The position numbers and the translations under genes are program-made. A stretch of 64,000 nt of DNA from Octopus vulgaris (taxonomy: Eukaryota), in the NCBI GenBank assembly GCA_951406725.2, contig OX597814.1:73470001-73534000 (forward strand), written 5' to 3'. The notes under the pieces were generated by a model, which saw only the letters and a program-made list of their open reading frames with translations, searched no databases and was not told the DNA's origin. Shown one piece after another: positions 40,266-53,617 of this stretch. Numbering within the stretch: position 1 is the first letter of the stretch; every line of letters begins with the position of its first letter.

Positions 40266-40570
40266 ATGCGCATGGCTCTGCGGTTAAAGCGTTGAGCTCA
40301 CAATCATATAGTAATGAGTTCGATTCTCTGATCGTACTGTGTTGTGTTCTTGAGCAAGACACTTTATTTCATGTTACTTAAGTTCACTCAACTGTAGAAA
40401 TGAGTTGCGATTTCCCTTGAGTTGCCTTTCCCTTGAATAACATCAGTGACACGGAGAGGGGAGGCTGGTGTGCAACTGATGGTCTTCCATAAACAACCTT
40501 GCCTGGACTTGTGTTTCGTTGGATAAGTTTCTAGGTGCAATCGCATGGTCATGCATGACCGAAAGGAGTC
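40266..40570 (+). mobile_element. tRNA-derived SINE, family C
   Basis: A box tggctctgcggttaaagcg, B box gagttcgattc, then ttgagcaagacactt core. Confidence 0.75.
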
Positions 40571-41044
40571 TCTCTCTCTCTCTCTCTCATATGTACCAGC
40601 ACATTTCAATTCAAGGTCAACAATCCAACTGTTCTCGAACAATTAAAAACCTGTGGCAATTAAATTCTTCCACGTTTACCTGTCTGATACATAATCATAC
40701 CCCGTGTTAGTATTCATATTGATATTTTTAAGTGTATCTCTAAGATTGTCTTTGAACGCTTGCGTGCCTTGCACAGGGGTTGTTTTATTTGCTCCAGCTT
40801 ACCATGTTTTGGCATGCGGGTATTCTATAAAGATCCACCCATCAATCCATCCATCCATCCATCCATCCATCCATCCATCCATCCATCCATCCATCCATCC
40901 AATACATACATACATACATACATACATACATACATACATACATACATACATACATACATACATAGCCTACTTGTATGCGCACATATGCAAGTATATGTCT
41001 CTCTCTCCCTCTCTCCCTCTCTCTCTCATATATATATATATATA

Positions 41045-41997
41045 CTAGCTTACAGTGACCCGCTCTACGCGCAGGTAAGAGTGTGGTTGTTACTATCTGT
41101 TGCTTCCTTTCTGTTTTTTATCACCACATTCTCCCTCTTTGTTTCTCTCTCCTTTCTCTCTCACTTTCCCACTCTCTTACTCTTCCTTTCTCTCGGACTC
41201 TCCCTCACTTTCTCTTACTCTCTATCTTTCTCTATCTATCTCTCTCCCATTTATAAACAACAAAAGATCTTGAGTAAGTTGAGAAACAAAATATTTTGAA
41301 AAATCAATCATAAATATCAGGCAGTGACAACAGAAAGGTCTGCTTCAAGGCAGACAGCAAAACACTAACATTTAAAAGGAACAGACGAACTTGCGAGCTG
41401 AATATAAATAAAAAAAAAATTAGACACCAAAGTTTGAAGGGATAGAATCTGAGGATAGTAGGCTCACCATGGCTGGCATTTCTTAATGACAGACAGCAAC
41501 ATAGTGGTAGTTTAACGTCTGGGCTAAAATTTTGAACTTCATGTTAAAGAAAATTCCTAAACACCAAGTTTTAAAGTGATTCTTTCTCACGAGAGTAGAC
41601 TCACCATGGCAAGCATTCAAAACTTCTTCATCATGGACAGCAACACATTGACGATTTAAAGGCTGGCGCATTTTCTTTAGCTTGCTGTAACAGAGAATTC
41701 CTAAACACCCTCTCCTGTAAATTTTAGTCCCCTTCCAGCCCCATTTAGACCCCCTTCACATTTTGGTTAATATAACTCGATTTCATTTGGGTCTACTCGA
41801 GCCACATTTTATAAGATGAGGAATTTTGTCCTAGAGGTCATTTGAGGAAAAAAAATAGTTGCCATGCAAACTCGCCAGCACTTTTAACATAGGTGTGCAT
41901 ACTTTCAGCTCAACTGACCACATAATGCACACATTATATATATATATATATTGTATATATATACGCATTAAATATATATATGTACATATATACGCAG

Positions 41998-42034
<37 letters not shown>

Positions 42035-42064
42035 ACGCATTATATATACAAATGTATACAAATT

Positions 42065-42103
<39 letters not shown>

Positions 42104-42615
42104 CAGACATATACACTTTGTATATATACATTATATATACATATTTATATATAGAACACACACACATATATGAATTAACCCAATAATTATCGCCACCACC
42201 ACCACCACCACACAATCATGAGAACAAATATTTGTTCTCATGATTGTGTGGTGATGGTGGTGATAATTAGAGTGATAGCGCTGGCGAAGGTGGCGGGGGA
42301 AGATGGTTGATCTGTCACACGTCGTTATAGAGAGAAATTGAAGGGAAGGGAGGAAAGAGAGAGACGGAGGAAGACAGGCAGATAAGAGAATGAGAGTAAC
42401 GAAAAAAGACATGTCAAAGTGTGGGTTTTTTGCCCTAGTAACCACAACTTTTAAGATATGGATTTCTAACCTAGCCCACTCACATCCACACCTCATTTTA
42501 CATGTCCCTGTAAATTTTGGAGCGAATCCAACGGGATCTAGTGCCCTTTAACCCGTTCCAATGCCAAACCCAGACAAACAAACAAACTTTCTCATTTCAG
42601 ATTTATAAATATTGA
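41045..42615 (-). mobile_element. Non-autonomous Helitron (about 1.57 kb)
   Basis: Minus strand reads A|TCaatatttataaat..gtttgtttgt ... GC-rich subterminal imperfect hairpin ... gCTAG|T. Confidence 0.7.
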
Positions 42616-42637
42616 TATGATATGATATATATATATA

Positions 42638-42881
42638 TAATTAGACATATTGAATTTCTAAATGTCTCAAAGAGACATGAGCGGTAGAGTGGTTGTATAC
42701 TGTCAACATAACGTGACAGTCCCATAAGGGAATTACACCACCGCTGTTTAGCCCTAGGAAGCATCGGTGGTGTAATTCCCTTACGGGACTGTCACGTTAT
42801 GTTGACAGTATACAACCACTCTATCGCTCCACCACCGCTCATGTCTCTTTGTGACATTTAGAAATTCAATATTTCTAATTA
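42638..42881. repeat. Fold-back inverted repeat (about 106-bp arms, 21-nt loop)
   Basis: 42638-42743 is the reverse complement of 42765-42881, with few mismatches and an 11-nt insertion. Confidence 0.95.
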
Positions 42882-43069
42882 CGGTGATCAGTGAATAGAT
42901 TTCACTGTAAATATATATATATTTGCGAAGGCTAGACAGGCATCTCAACTAGCAGGACTCGCTACTTTGGAAGTGTTTGTGTCGGTTTGTCGGATTTGCG
43001 GTTGTGAGTTGGATTTATTGATTGTTGTTGTTGAGAAATGTTGCGTCGTGTTGAATTGTTGGATTTTTT

Positions 43070-44160
43070 GTTGGGTATGCAAGCCCAAACTTATGCGGGA
43101 GCAGCAGGCAAAGGCCTGGCTGCGAACGAATTACAGTTGGAAGAAATAATTGTCGAGAAGGAAAATTTGAGGAAATACTGCGACAGCTTCAAGAAGGAAG
43201 GAGATTGTCTGAGGGTTACACCACCTGAAGACGAAGTGAAAGAAGCGGAGAAAAAAATTATAACATACAGAACATGGAATGTGGTCTCAAAGAGAATATT
43301 AAAGGAAGAACTACCTTCTACAATAGAGGTAGAAAATACGCTACGGTAGACGTTCGTTTTGAAAATGAAGACGAAGCGAAGAGGAACGCAACGACAGTGT
43401 TGAGATCGGAAAAATGGGTTTTACTTTCTAGTTATTGTGGAAAAAGAGCAGTGAGGATACGACTAAGCAAAATTCCACCGGAACTTGATACCGAAAGAAT
43501 AGTAGCTGCAATAATCTACAACTGCAAAGAGAGCGTGGATATATCTAAGGTGGAAAAGTCGAATGAAAAAAACTGGTGGGGTTATGCGGTGCAAGCTTCA
43601 ATCCACATAACCATGCCAAATTTGTATAACATCCCGGAGGAGTTGTGTTCCCCGACGAGACACGACTGAGAGTCGTGGTGGAGGGGAGACCTCCAGTGTG
43701 TTATAAATGTAAGAGCAGAGGGCACATGAAGGATGTGTGTCCTCAAAGAGAAATACAAGAGAAGACGATAACACTGGAGGAAGGAATGGAGGCTTTGACA
43801 GAGGAGTTAGAAAAGGAGGATGTGGAATTGTAAGCGGAAGAGGAAATCGTGACAACAGATAATGTGGAAAGTGTCAACGAGTTAGTGAAGGAGAAAGAAA
43901 AGGAAAGAACAGACGAAAAAGAGGATAGAAAGCGAACACGGGTGGAATCACCACTCAAAGACCAAAAAAATAAAAAAAATAAAAAGAAGTCCGCCGACGA
44001 GACAGAGGATCGAACGCACGAAGGGAGAGATACAGCAACTAAAGTGAGTGAAGGTCCAACGTGGGATGAACCGAAAAAATGGTCAACAAAAGTGGAAGAA
44101 TGTCTGAAAACATGCAAGGAAGGAGGAAGACCAAAAGCAGTCACGATAGAATGCATGTCA
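43070..44160 (+). pseudogene. L1/Tx1-type ORF1 (gag-like, CCHC zinc knuckle), frameshifted
   Basis: VRIRLSKIPPEL; VVVEGRPPVCYKCKSRGHMKDVCP; charged low-complexity tail. Confidence 0.7.
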
Positions 44161-44826
44161 TGAACTGAAATAATAGTTGGAAATTGATCCGAACCTTTTT
44201 TGAAGGTCATTACTGGTGACAAAAGCTGCTGCTACGACCTGGAAACGAAGCAGCACTCAGGTCAATGGAAGCATTCAATATCAACACGCCCCTCACCCCA
44301 CCAAGTGCGTCAACTGAAGTCCAATGTCAAGACAATGCGGATTTGTTTCATCGATGCGAAACGAATTGTCCACACAGTATATGTTCTTCCTGGTCAAACT
44401 GTTAACCAGACACTTTACTTGGAAGTTCTGAAGCATTTATGAGACACGGCGAGAGGTGGTTTCATCACGACGATGCGCCTTCGCACACCGCCTTGGTTGT
44501 GAAGCAGTTTTTGCTCAAAAACATCATAACCCTGTTTATCCACCCTCCATATTCACCCAATCTTGCTCCCAGTAACTTTTTTCATTCCCCCGAATGAAAA
44601 AGACCTTAAAGGAAAACGTTTGGAAGATGTGGAAGAAGTGAAGAAAAAAAAAAGACGGAGGCATTAAAAGGCATCACTTCGCAAGAATTCCAGGATTGCT
44701 TCGAACAGTGGAAAACGCATCTGGACTAAATCATTGCTTCAATAGGAAAATATTTTGAAGGTGGTAAAAGTGTAAACATGCAAAACTTAGTGAATAAAAT
44801 ATATTTCTTATAGATAATCCCTCGTA
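44161..44826 (+). mobile_element. mariner, 3' half
   Basis: VITGDKSCCYDLETKQ, PGQTVNQ, HHDDAPSH, HPPYSPNLAP; 3' TIR ttatagataatccctcg-TA. Confidence 0.88.
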
Positions 44827-44838
44827 TATATGCACGCG

Positions 44839-44898
<60 letters not shown>

Positions 44899-45199
44899 CA
44901 CACACATATGTATATATATGTGTGTATGTGTGTGGGTGCATACGTGTGTGTGTATGTAATTAGATAGGTAGGTATGCGTGTAAACACAAACTCGCATATA
45001 TGCATATTTTTAGGCTTCTCCTTTTGAAGGGATCTACTCTGATCTTTGGAAACAACGTTACAATGTGTTGCATTCCCAAGAAAAGCAATCTCTGTGACCA
45101 TGTCTTTTATCGTCATATCTGACAATAGCGAAGACTCATTAAAACTGACGTCCTCCAAAACTTCGAATCTCTCATTTTCTTGCTCCTTAACGAAATCCA

Positions 45200-46270
45200 C
45201 TGTTGATTTACTTTTCTAAATTATATACCAGTGGACTTTCGCCTAAGAGAAATTTGGTGAAAGCCATTGTTGTTGCTCTCGACATCATCAAAACATTTGA
45301 TGGTGTTCGACATCCAAATCTGCTTCGAAATTGTCTACCCATGGGCTAGAGCTGTTTTTCATGTCTTTGACCCTACCTTCCTATTAAATCGCACTCTTGC
45401 ACGGTGCGTTGTTGGATTTCTTTCTGTTCTTCATTCTAGCAACTCCAATGTAATCCGGAGGTTGGGTTTGTCCTTCACTCTCTTTTGTACATACATGATT
45501 TACTTGCTGTTGCGTTCAACAACGTCGACTCTAAAGTAGATGAAACAACCATTAATTCTTCCCTAATCTTCTCCTACGAAGCGTCATCTACTTGCAATCT
45601 AGATACCACACGGCAATCCTGCATCCATTCCATGAACAAAGATCTCGAAAGCATCCCGCAATAACAATACCCCGACTTATCTCTTTCAAAAAGAAAACAC
45701 TAACACAACTCATATAAAAAATCATCATCACAGCCCCTCTTACTAGATCTTAAGGTACATGCAACTATAGTCCTCAAATTGTTTCAAATAATGTGCTTCT
45801 TTGTGGAAGCAAATCTTGAACATTGCTATGACCACAACGCAACGACTAGCCTTTCTTTCAAGACAAGAAAATACTTCAACCGTCAACAATTATTGATTCT
45901 ATTTAAAGCTCTGATAACGTGCATAATGGAATATTGTTCTCAAGCCTGGGACATACTACTGTTTTAAAAACGGGCCACCTGATTAATTGGCATAAAGTCG
46001 CTCATGGACACATCACTGATATACAGGCGGATCTCTTCCCTCTACCTTTCCTACTATAATGACCTCAACTTTTCTTTGTCGATTGGACTTATACTATTTT
46101 CATTCAGCTATTCCCAATTCACTCATCACCCTTTCCTCCGTCAGTTTTATGAAGTCCAATACTTATCACTATGTTCAGTTCTTCCTTATCAGAACTTCAA
46201 CCCTCTGGAATTCCATGCAGATGAGGATTTACAAAGGTTCAAGAGAAAAATAAATGGTATCAACTTCATT
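45200..46270 (+). mobile_element. Jockey/CR1-group LINE RT fragment, decayed
   Basis: AIVVALDIIKTFDGVRH; LLILFKALITCIMEYCSQAW; RTSTLWNS. Confidence 0.65.
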
Positions 46271-46940
46271 GATCTGAGAGAATGTACGAACGTCGTATAC
46301 GCCACTACTCTCTTTTTATCTTGTAACACATACAAATTAATATTTAATATACAACCGTAATACGTAGATGTGGTTATATGTAGAAACCTATAACTCTGTA
46401 TCTGTAATACTCAGGTATATCTGTATGCAGGTTCACAGTCTTTCTGTATTCGAGCTAACTATTCAGTAAAAACAACTCAATTGTTATTCGATAAAAAATA
46501 ACCTAGTCAATGAAATGAAAGTGGTGTTCGACCCTTTTCCAAAAGTGTTGTTATGATATGGCAACAAACTGAATGATATGGCTAAAACTAAAAATGAATA
46601 CTGCCGTGAATTCAATTCTCATTGACTTTCTACAATTCACATTAGTGTACTTTAAACATAAAAATAAGCCTGTATTTTCAGATGGTAATCCTGCGATCCT
46701 GCATCCATTCCATGAACAAAGATGATATGACGTTCATTCTTTTCTTATTAACACCTATAGCGTAAGTAAAATGTCTTCATTTACAACAGAACCAAAACTC
46801 GGACTCGACCAGTTTAAGAAGAGTTTAAACTTGAATAAGCATTAACCTTTTAAACTTGGTCAAATTTGAGAACGTTTATAGGGTTGCGCATAGAGATGTG
46901 CTGTGTGTGTCTGTTCGTGTGTGTGTGAGTGTGTGTAAAG

Positions 46941-47064
46941 TGATATTTAGCAGAAGTAACAGTGTGACGGAAGGTCCGAGAGTTTCGTGTGTTAGCACTT
47001 ATCAAAGTGCTAATACACGAAACTCTCGGGCCTCGAGTCACTTTGTTGCTTCTGCTAAATATCA
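46941..47064. mobile_element. Palindromic (fold-back) MITE-like element, 124 bp
   Basis: tgatatttagcagaag...ttagcactt / aagtgctaa...cttctgctaaatatca. Confidence 0.7.
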
Positions 47065-48062
47065 ATAAAAATATACATATGGTCATATTTTGAGTTCTAT
47101 TTTTCCTGTTTGCATCATATATATATATATATATATATCCTTTTTCCATTAGAGAAGTTTACATTTGGCAAACCGGCTTCTGTATACCGTGCCTCTGTAT
47201 TCCAGGTTGATGTTTTCTAGTATTAAAAAAAAATGCAACTAAGAAGTTGATGGGAATCAAGAACAACAATTAGACCCGTCAGTGATTGAAAATGACCCAT
47301 AAGCTGATATCGATCAATAGGTCACCAGTGAAAAATATATGCTGAGTTGTAATGTGACAGATCAATTCCTTTTCTATAGTTGGACATAAAACAAATTGTC
47401 ATTGAGTATATGAGTAGTTACTGAACTGAAATTGTTAATTGGAGCTGTTGCGTACAGCTCCTTACCACATGTCTAATCAATTACGGCGTCTCAAACACAA
47501 ATATACACATATTCAAAGATATACCCCACAGTTCCCCAATAATTAAAACAAATGCATCATTTTCTCTGAACAATTATAAAATAATGATATTGTATGGGGA
47601 AACATTTGAAATTATATATTATAATCTTTTATACCCAAATTTACATTTCAGCCAAATTGGCAAATAGTCAGATTAACTCCTCTTTCATAATTGTTTATTT
47701 CTTCTTTCATTTAAGTGCTGTCAAAGTTTTCCCTTTCCTGTGTTTAGCACAACATCTGACATTAATGATAAAAGAAATTTTTGCTCTTGTTTGGTTTAAA
47801 GTTACGTTTTAAAATCGGCTGACCAATAGTAATATGACAGAGTGGTGCTTATTTTAGACTAATTGTGACCACTTCTAGCCGGACACGACCCTTGACATGA
47901 AGATTTAACCACCTACGCCCAATTGAGAAACTAGTTTAGTTTCATTGTATATAAACTGAATCTACGTAGATTTTATTAACAAACATTAGAAAGTGAAACA
48001 AAAGAAATCTCAAGAGTAAAAGCTTCAGGGTGAAAATAAAGAGTGGGTGATAAGAATCAAGG

Positions 48063-48105
<43 letters not shown>

Positions 48106-48655
48106 GAGGGAGAGAGAGAAGAGGGAGAGAGAGAGAGAGGAGAGAGAGAGATTTTGAGGGAGTGACTGAAGAGATAATAACAAATTATAAATAAAGACCA
48201 GATAGAATAAATCTTTTCTACCATTTGCGTAAAAGCAGGCATTTTAGATGTAGTCTTAACTGAACTGATATTAAACATATAAGAGTCCAAGTGGATGAGC
48301 ATTTATGCCGCTAAACTCATGGAACAAAGAATCTAGATACCGATTTTGGGGCAATCCTTCTCAATAAATTTATTAAAGTATTAGTGTTTGGAACCTTCTC
48401 CATAGTATATATATATACAGGGTTTATCTTTTACCTAAGTAAAAGGAATTAAGTAATTTTGTAGAAGGTTATATTTGATTTATGAGAGTGAATCGATATT
48501 GAACGGTAGCAATTCTATATTTTCTGTTATAAACTATCGATAGTTAAAACCTTCATATTCACATGTCATGAATAAAAGGGTGATTCGAATTCAAGAGATT
48601 TTACCACTATTTATCCGGTATGCATTTACCGTGTTTTAAACACGGTAACTGCATA

Positions 48656-48812
48656 GGCGCAGGCGTGGCTGTGTGGTAAGAAGCTTGCTTCCCAACCACA
48701 TTGTTCCGGGTTCAGTTCCACTGCGTGCCACCTTAGGCAAGTATCTTCTACTATATCTCCGGGCCGACGAAAGCCTTGTGAGTGGATTTGGAATGAAACT
48801 GAAAGAACTTCG

Positions 48813-48845
<33 letters not shown>

Positions 48846-49002
48846 ACGCGTGCGTCTGTCCCCCCTCATCAATCGTTTGACAATCTATTGGTGTGTTTAT
48901 GTACTCGTAACTTATCAGTTCAGCAAATAGATTAAGTACTAGGCTTACAAAGAATATATACTGAGGTCGATTTCTTCGACTAAAATCCTTCAAGGTGGTG
49001 CT
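48656..49002 (+). mobile_element. SINE family A
   Basis: ggcgcaggcgtggctgtgtggtaagaagc...gggttcagttcc. Confidence 0.9.
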
Positions 49003-49238
49003 TAATTGTTCAGAGAAAGTTATGCGATTGTTTTAATTATTAGGAAATTGAGGAATATATTTTTAACACACACACACGCATATATATTGTTGTGTCATAT
49101 ATATTGTTGTGTCATTCTCTTTTTGTACCTTATTATTTAACAAACTCACCGGTTCAGTTTCCACTCATTTACTTCTTTATTTTTTCTTCAAGACACGAAC
49201 TCACATAAAGAATCTTGCAAACCAAATCCAAAAACGAA

Positions 49239-49277
<39 letters not shown>

Positions 49278-49286
49278 TTAGATACC

Positions 49287-49518
49287 TATTTCTTTATTAC
49301 CCACAAGGGGCTAAACATAGAGGGGACCAACAAGGACAGACATAGGTATTAAGTCGATTACATCGACCCCAGTGCGTAACTGGTGCTTAATTTATCGACC
49401 CCGAAAGGATGAAAGGCAAAGTCGACCTCGGCGGAATTTGAACTCACAGTGTAACGGCAGACGAAATACCGCAAAGCATATCGCCCGGCGTGCTAACGCT
49501 TCTGCCAGCTCGCCGCCT
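49287..49518 (-). mobile_element. SINE family B, full length with TSD
   Basis: Minus-strand head ggcggcgagctggcagaagcgttagcacg; core ttcatcctttcggggtcgataaa; TSD tatatgttttagatacc at 49270-49286 and 49521-49537. Confidence 0.92.
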
Positions 49519-50082
49519 TATATATGTTTTAGATACCGTAGTTGAGTTAATTAGATATGTGGTAAGGAACGGTACACAACAGCCACAATTAACAATTTGC
49601 CTCACATTTTAAATATTAATGACTGAATTCCATGATATATCTTTTGGGAGTATTCATTTATCTAATATTACCCGATAAACATACATGTCTCTCATATACA
49701 AGTAAGGCATTGGAGGCAAGTCAAGCACTTTGAAAACATCCTGCAATGGGGCCACAGTAGTCTCATCTCTTTGATCAGCACAGACATACTATCACTGTTC
49801 ATATTATGAATACAATATTGTACCTCACCCTCAAAGTCGCTACGATTGCTAGGCCTCACAATCAACGATTATGTTTCAATGCCATCCCACATTACATAGG
49901 GAAAAATGCACTCAGGACCAGAAACTAGTTCAGTTGTGTTGACTGCTGATTTTATACAAAACTCCAGTAGGACCCACTATGGAAAACTGTTTCTATATCT
50001 AGGACAGTGCTGTTGTTATATACACACGCGCGCGCACACGGACACATACCACTCACAACACACACACACAAACACACACACA

Positions 50083-50137
<55 letters not shown>

Positions 50138-51382
50138 AACATACAAATACACACATACACCCGAACACATACTAACCCTAAACATACTAACCTAAATCTT
50201 ACGTTTCTGGCGTTGGTATTTTATACCTTTTCCTCACCGTTATTTATCAAATTAGATAAATACTCAAAAGTTCACCCATGAGAAAATAGTAAGCTAATAT
50301 ACACGAATATTTTAGGTTTAGTCAGGATATTTGAAATAGATGACATTCTAATTAAAAAGGCTGACAATAATACAGAAAAAAAAAGAGAAGTGAGATGGTT
50401 TTGACAGTGACTTAAATCTTTGATTCAGACTAATTTTCATGATTAAATTCTGGGACTTTAAAACAACGTTAAATGACATATTAATTATGTTTAATTCGGC
50501 AAAAAGCAAGAGCTATAGACAAGAAAGAGGATTAACTGAGCTAATACCAAATACGTTATTGCTTCTTTTATAAATCGAAGAAGGATACAAGGCAGGATGT
50601 GAACTGAAAAATACAATTATGTATCAAATTTAATAGTGAAGAATTCAACAGAAAATTTTTGTCATCCATTTTCACTGACTTCCTCGCGTACAGGAAGCAT
50701 AATAGAGTTTGTTGATAGACCAAGCGACTTGTTAACACGGCTGTAATACTACTATTTTCCTGCTTCTCTTTTGTTTTTCTTTTCATTCAACACGTATTTG
50801 TTATTATGTATTTCTACATATGGAATAATGTTTGTTTTTGAGAAGAAAAGAATTCTTATCTATCGTATTAGCACTAATCGTATGGTAAAACGATGCGATT
50901 CATATACTTCTCAAGCCAAAGCTTTCTTGAGTGACGTCATCAAATATATTACCATGTAAATAGATTTCTATAATTGGAAATATTTATCACTCGAGTGTCC
51001 TACGCATATGCCTGCCTACGTATGTTGTTTATTAGCCATGCATAAGCTTATAATGATTATGATGGTAATATATATATGTATAATTGGATGTAAATGTTTT
51101 CATCTACATTGCGTATAATTTCCTGCACACATACGCATACGTACACACATCTATATATAGATGTATATATGAACACAGATGCACATATATATCCAAACAC
51201 ACACGTTTGCATATAAGCAGATATATATAGACAGATATTTTCCACGCGTGTATGTATGTATGTATGTATGTATGTATGTATGTATGTATGTATGTATGTA
51301 TGTATATGTACCTATGTATATGTGTGTATAAACACGCACAATTTTGCTAATATGCTTTGTATTTTACTGTATTTAATAAAAA

Positions 51383-52081
<699 letters not shown>

Positions 52082-52086
52082 TACTG

Positions 52087-52257
52087 AAGGTGGTGAGCTA
52101 GCAGAATCGTTAGCACACCGGACAGAATGCTTAGCGGAATTTCGTCCAGATTTTGTGTTCAAATTCTGCCGGGGTCGACTTTTACCAGTGCAGTACTGGG
52201 GTCAAAGTAATCGATTTGTGCCCTCTCCTAAAATTTCAAGACTTGAGCCTTTAGAAA
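52087..52257 (+). mobile_element. SINE family B, internally deleted
   Basis: aaggtggtgagctagcagaatcgttagcac...gttcaaattc. Confidence 0.85.
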
Positions 52258-52306
52258 TTCTTCTTCTTCTTCTTCTTCTTCTTCTTCTTCTTCTTCTTCT
52301 TCTTCT

Positions 52307-52338
<32 letters not shown>

Positions 52339-52485
52339 GTCTTCTTCTTCTTCTTCTTCTTCTTCTTCTTCTTCTTCTTCTTCTTCTTCTTCTTCTTCTT
52401 CTTCTTCTTCTTCTTCTTCTTCTTCTTCTTCTTCTTCTTCTTCTTCTCCTTCTTCTTCTTCTTCTTCTTCTTCTTCTTCTTCTTC
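52258..52485. repeat. (TTC)n microsatellite
   Basis: Directly visible. Confidence 0.98.
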
Positions 52486-52489
52486 CAAG

Positions 52490-53326
52490 ATTACACCAGG
52501 CATATGCATGACAACTACATGTGAGCAATATGCTCAGAAGGGTTGTTTAAGGATGATGAACGAAACATCCATGTTTCCAGTGGTGAAACCTCAAAGAAAC
52601 CATTTCATCTCATGGCAATAATGCTCCCTCATAATTCCTGCTCATGATCGGAGATGCATGTATCCCCAGCAACTAAAGGACATGCTCAACTGGTGAAGGT
52701 CATGTAACTGTCAAGTTAGTCTGTGGTATTGAGCAGAATATTTTCTGTAGCCCATCTTTTACACGAAAACATAACATGTACATAGTAACACTTCCAATCA
52801 GATATAGCATAACCAATGAAAACACTTCCAATCAGATATGGCATAACCCATTTCTACCCCAGAGACACTGAGGTACAAATATACGAAGCCCAATATACCT
52901 ATCATGACCACTCGTCTAATAAGGGTACACCAGGCACATGCATCACGACCATATGTACGTGACATGATGAACTTATATCAAGCTAAACAGCGTATGACCT
53001 TGCAGGTGGGGCCCAATTAGAATTTTCTTCATGTCGAGTAGTCTATCTCTCTCAAAAGGTCCCTGAATAAGGGTTGTTTAAGGATGTTGAACGTAACACC
53101 CATGTTTCCAGAGGTGAATTATCCAAACCCTAAAGAACTCCTCTCAACACATGGCTATGACAATCACCATAATTCTGCTCGTGATCAGAGATGCACATAT
53201 CGTCAGCCACTAAGGGACATGCTCAACTGCTTATGGTCAAACAACTGACAAGCAAATCTGTAGTATTGAGCAGAATATTTGCTGTAGCCCATTTTTTATA
53301 CCAATACAAAACAATGTACATGATCA
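52490..53326 (-). mobile_element. Copies 2 and 3 (partial) of the 525-bp non-coding element
   Basis: Shared aagggttgtttaaggatg, tattgagcagaatattt, caatgtacat. Confidence 0.8.
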
Positions 53327-53554
53327 CTCCCAGCTGCGCAAATAATTTCATTTAATCCAGTGAGATCTGGTTTTAGTTCTTGTATAGTTTCCTTTGTTAC
53401 ATAGTTTCCAATCTTAATTTGAATTTGAGAACTTATGAGGTGGTTCTCTATCGTGCATATTGGCGTATCTTACAACTGCAAGCTTATTCAGGATTTTCTG
53501 CTTCAGTTCTATCATAGACTCTCTGTGTTCTCTGTGTTCTTCAGTAAATTTATA

Positions 53555-53617
<63 letters not shown>

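Noticed and set aside
44990-45200. ORF MDFVKEQENERF...EIAFLGNATH
   Set aside because: Only faint resemblance to a hAT/Charlie transposase; too short to call as gene or TE.
48656-48730. tRNA-like A/B boxes here and at other SINE heads
   Set aside because: They continue into SINE bodies and lack a complete cloverleaf; not tRNA genes.
49145-49195. Minus-strand ttgaaga...GAAAC..gtg, hammerhead-like
   Set aside because: No stem II pairing and an invalid cleavage triplet.
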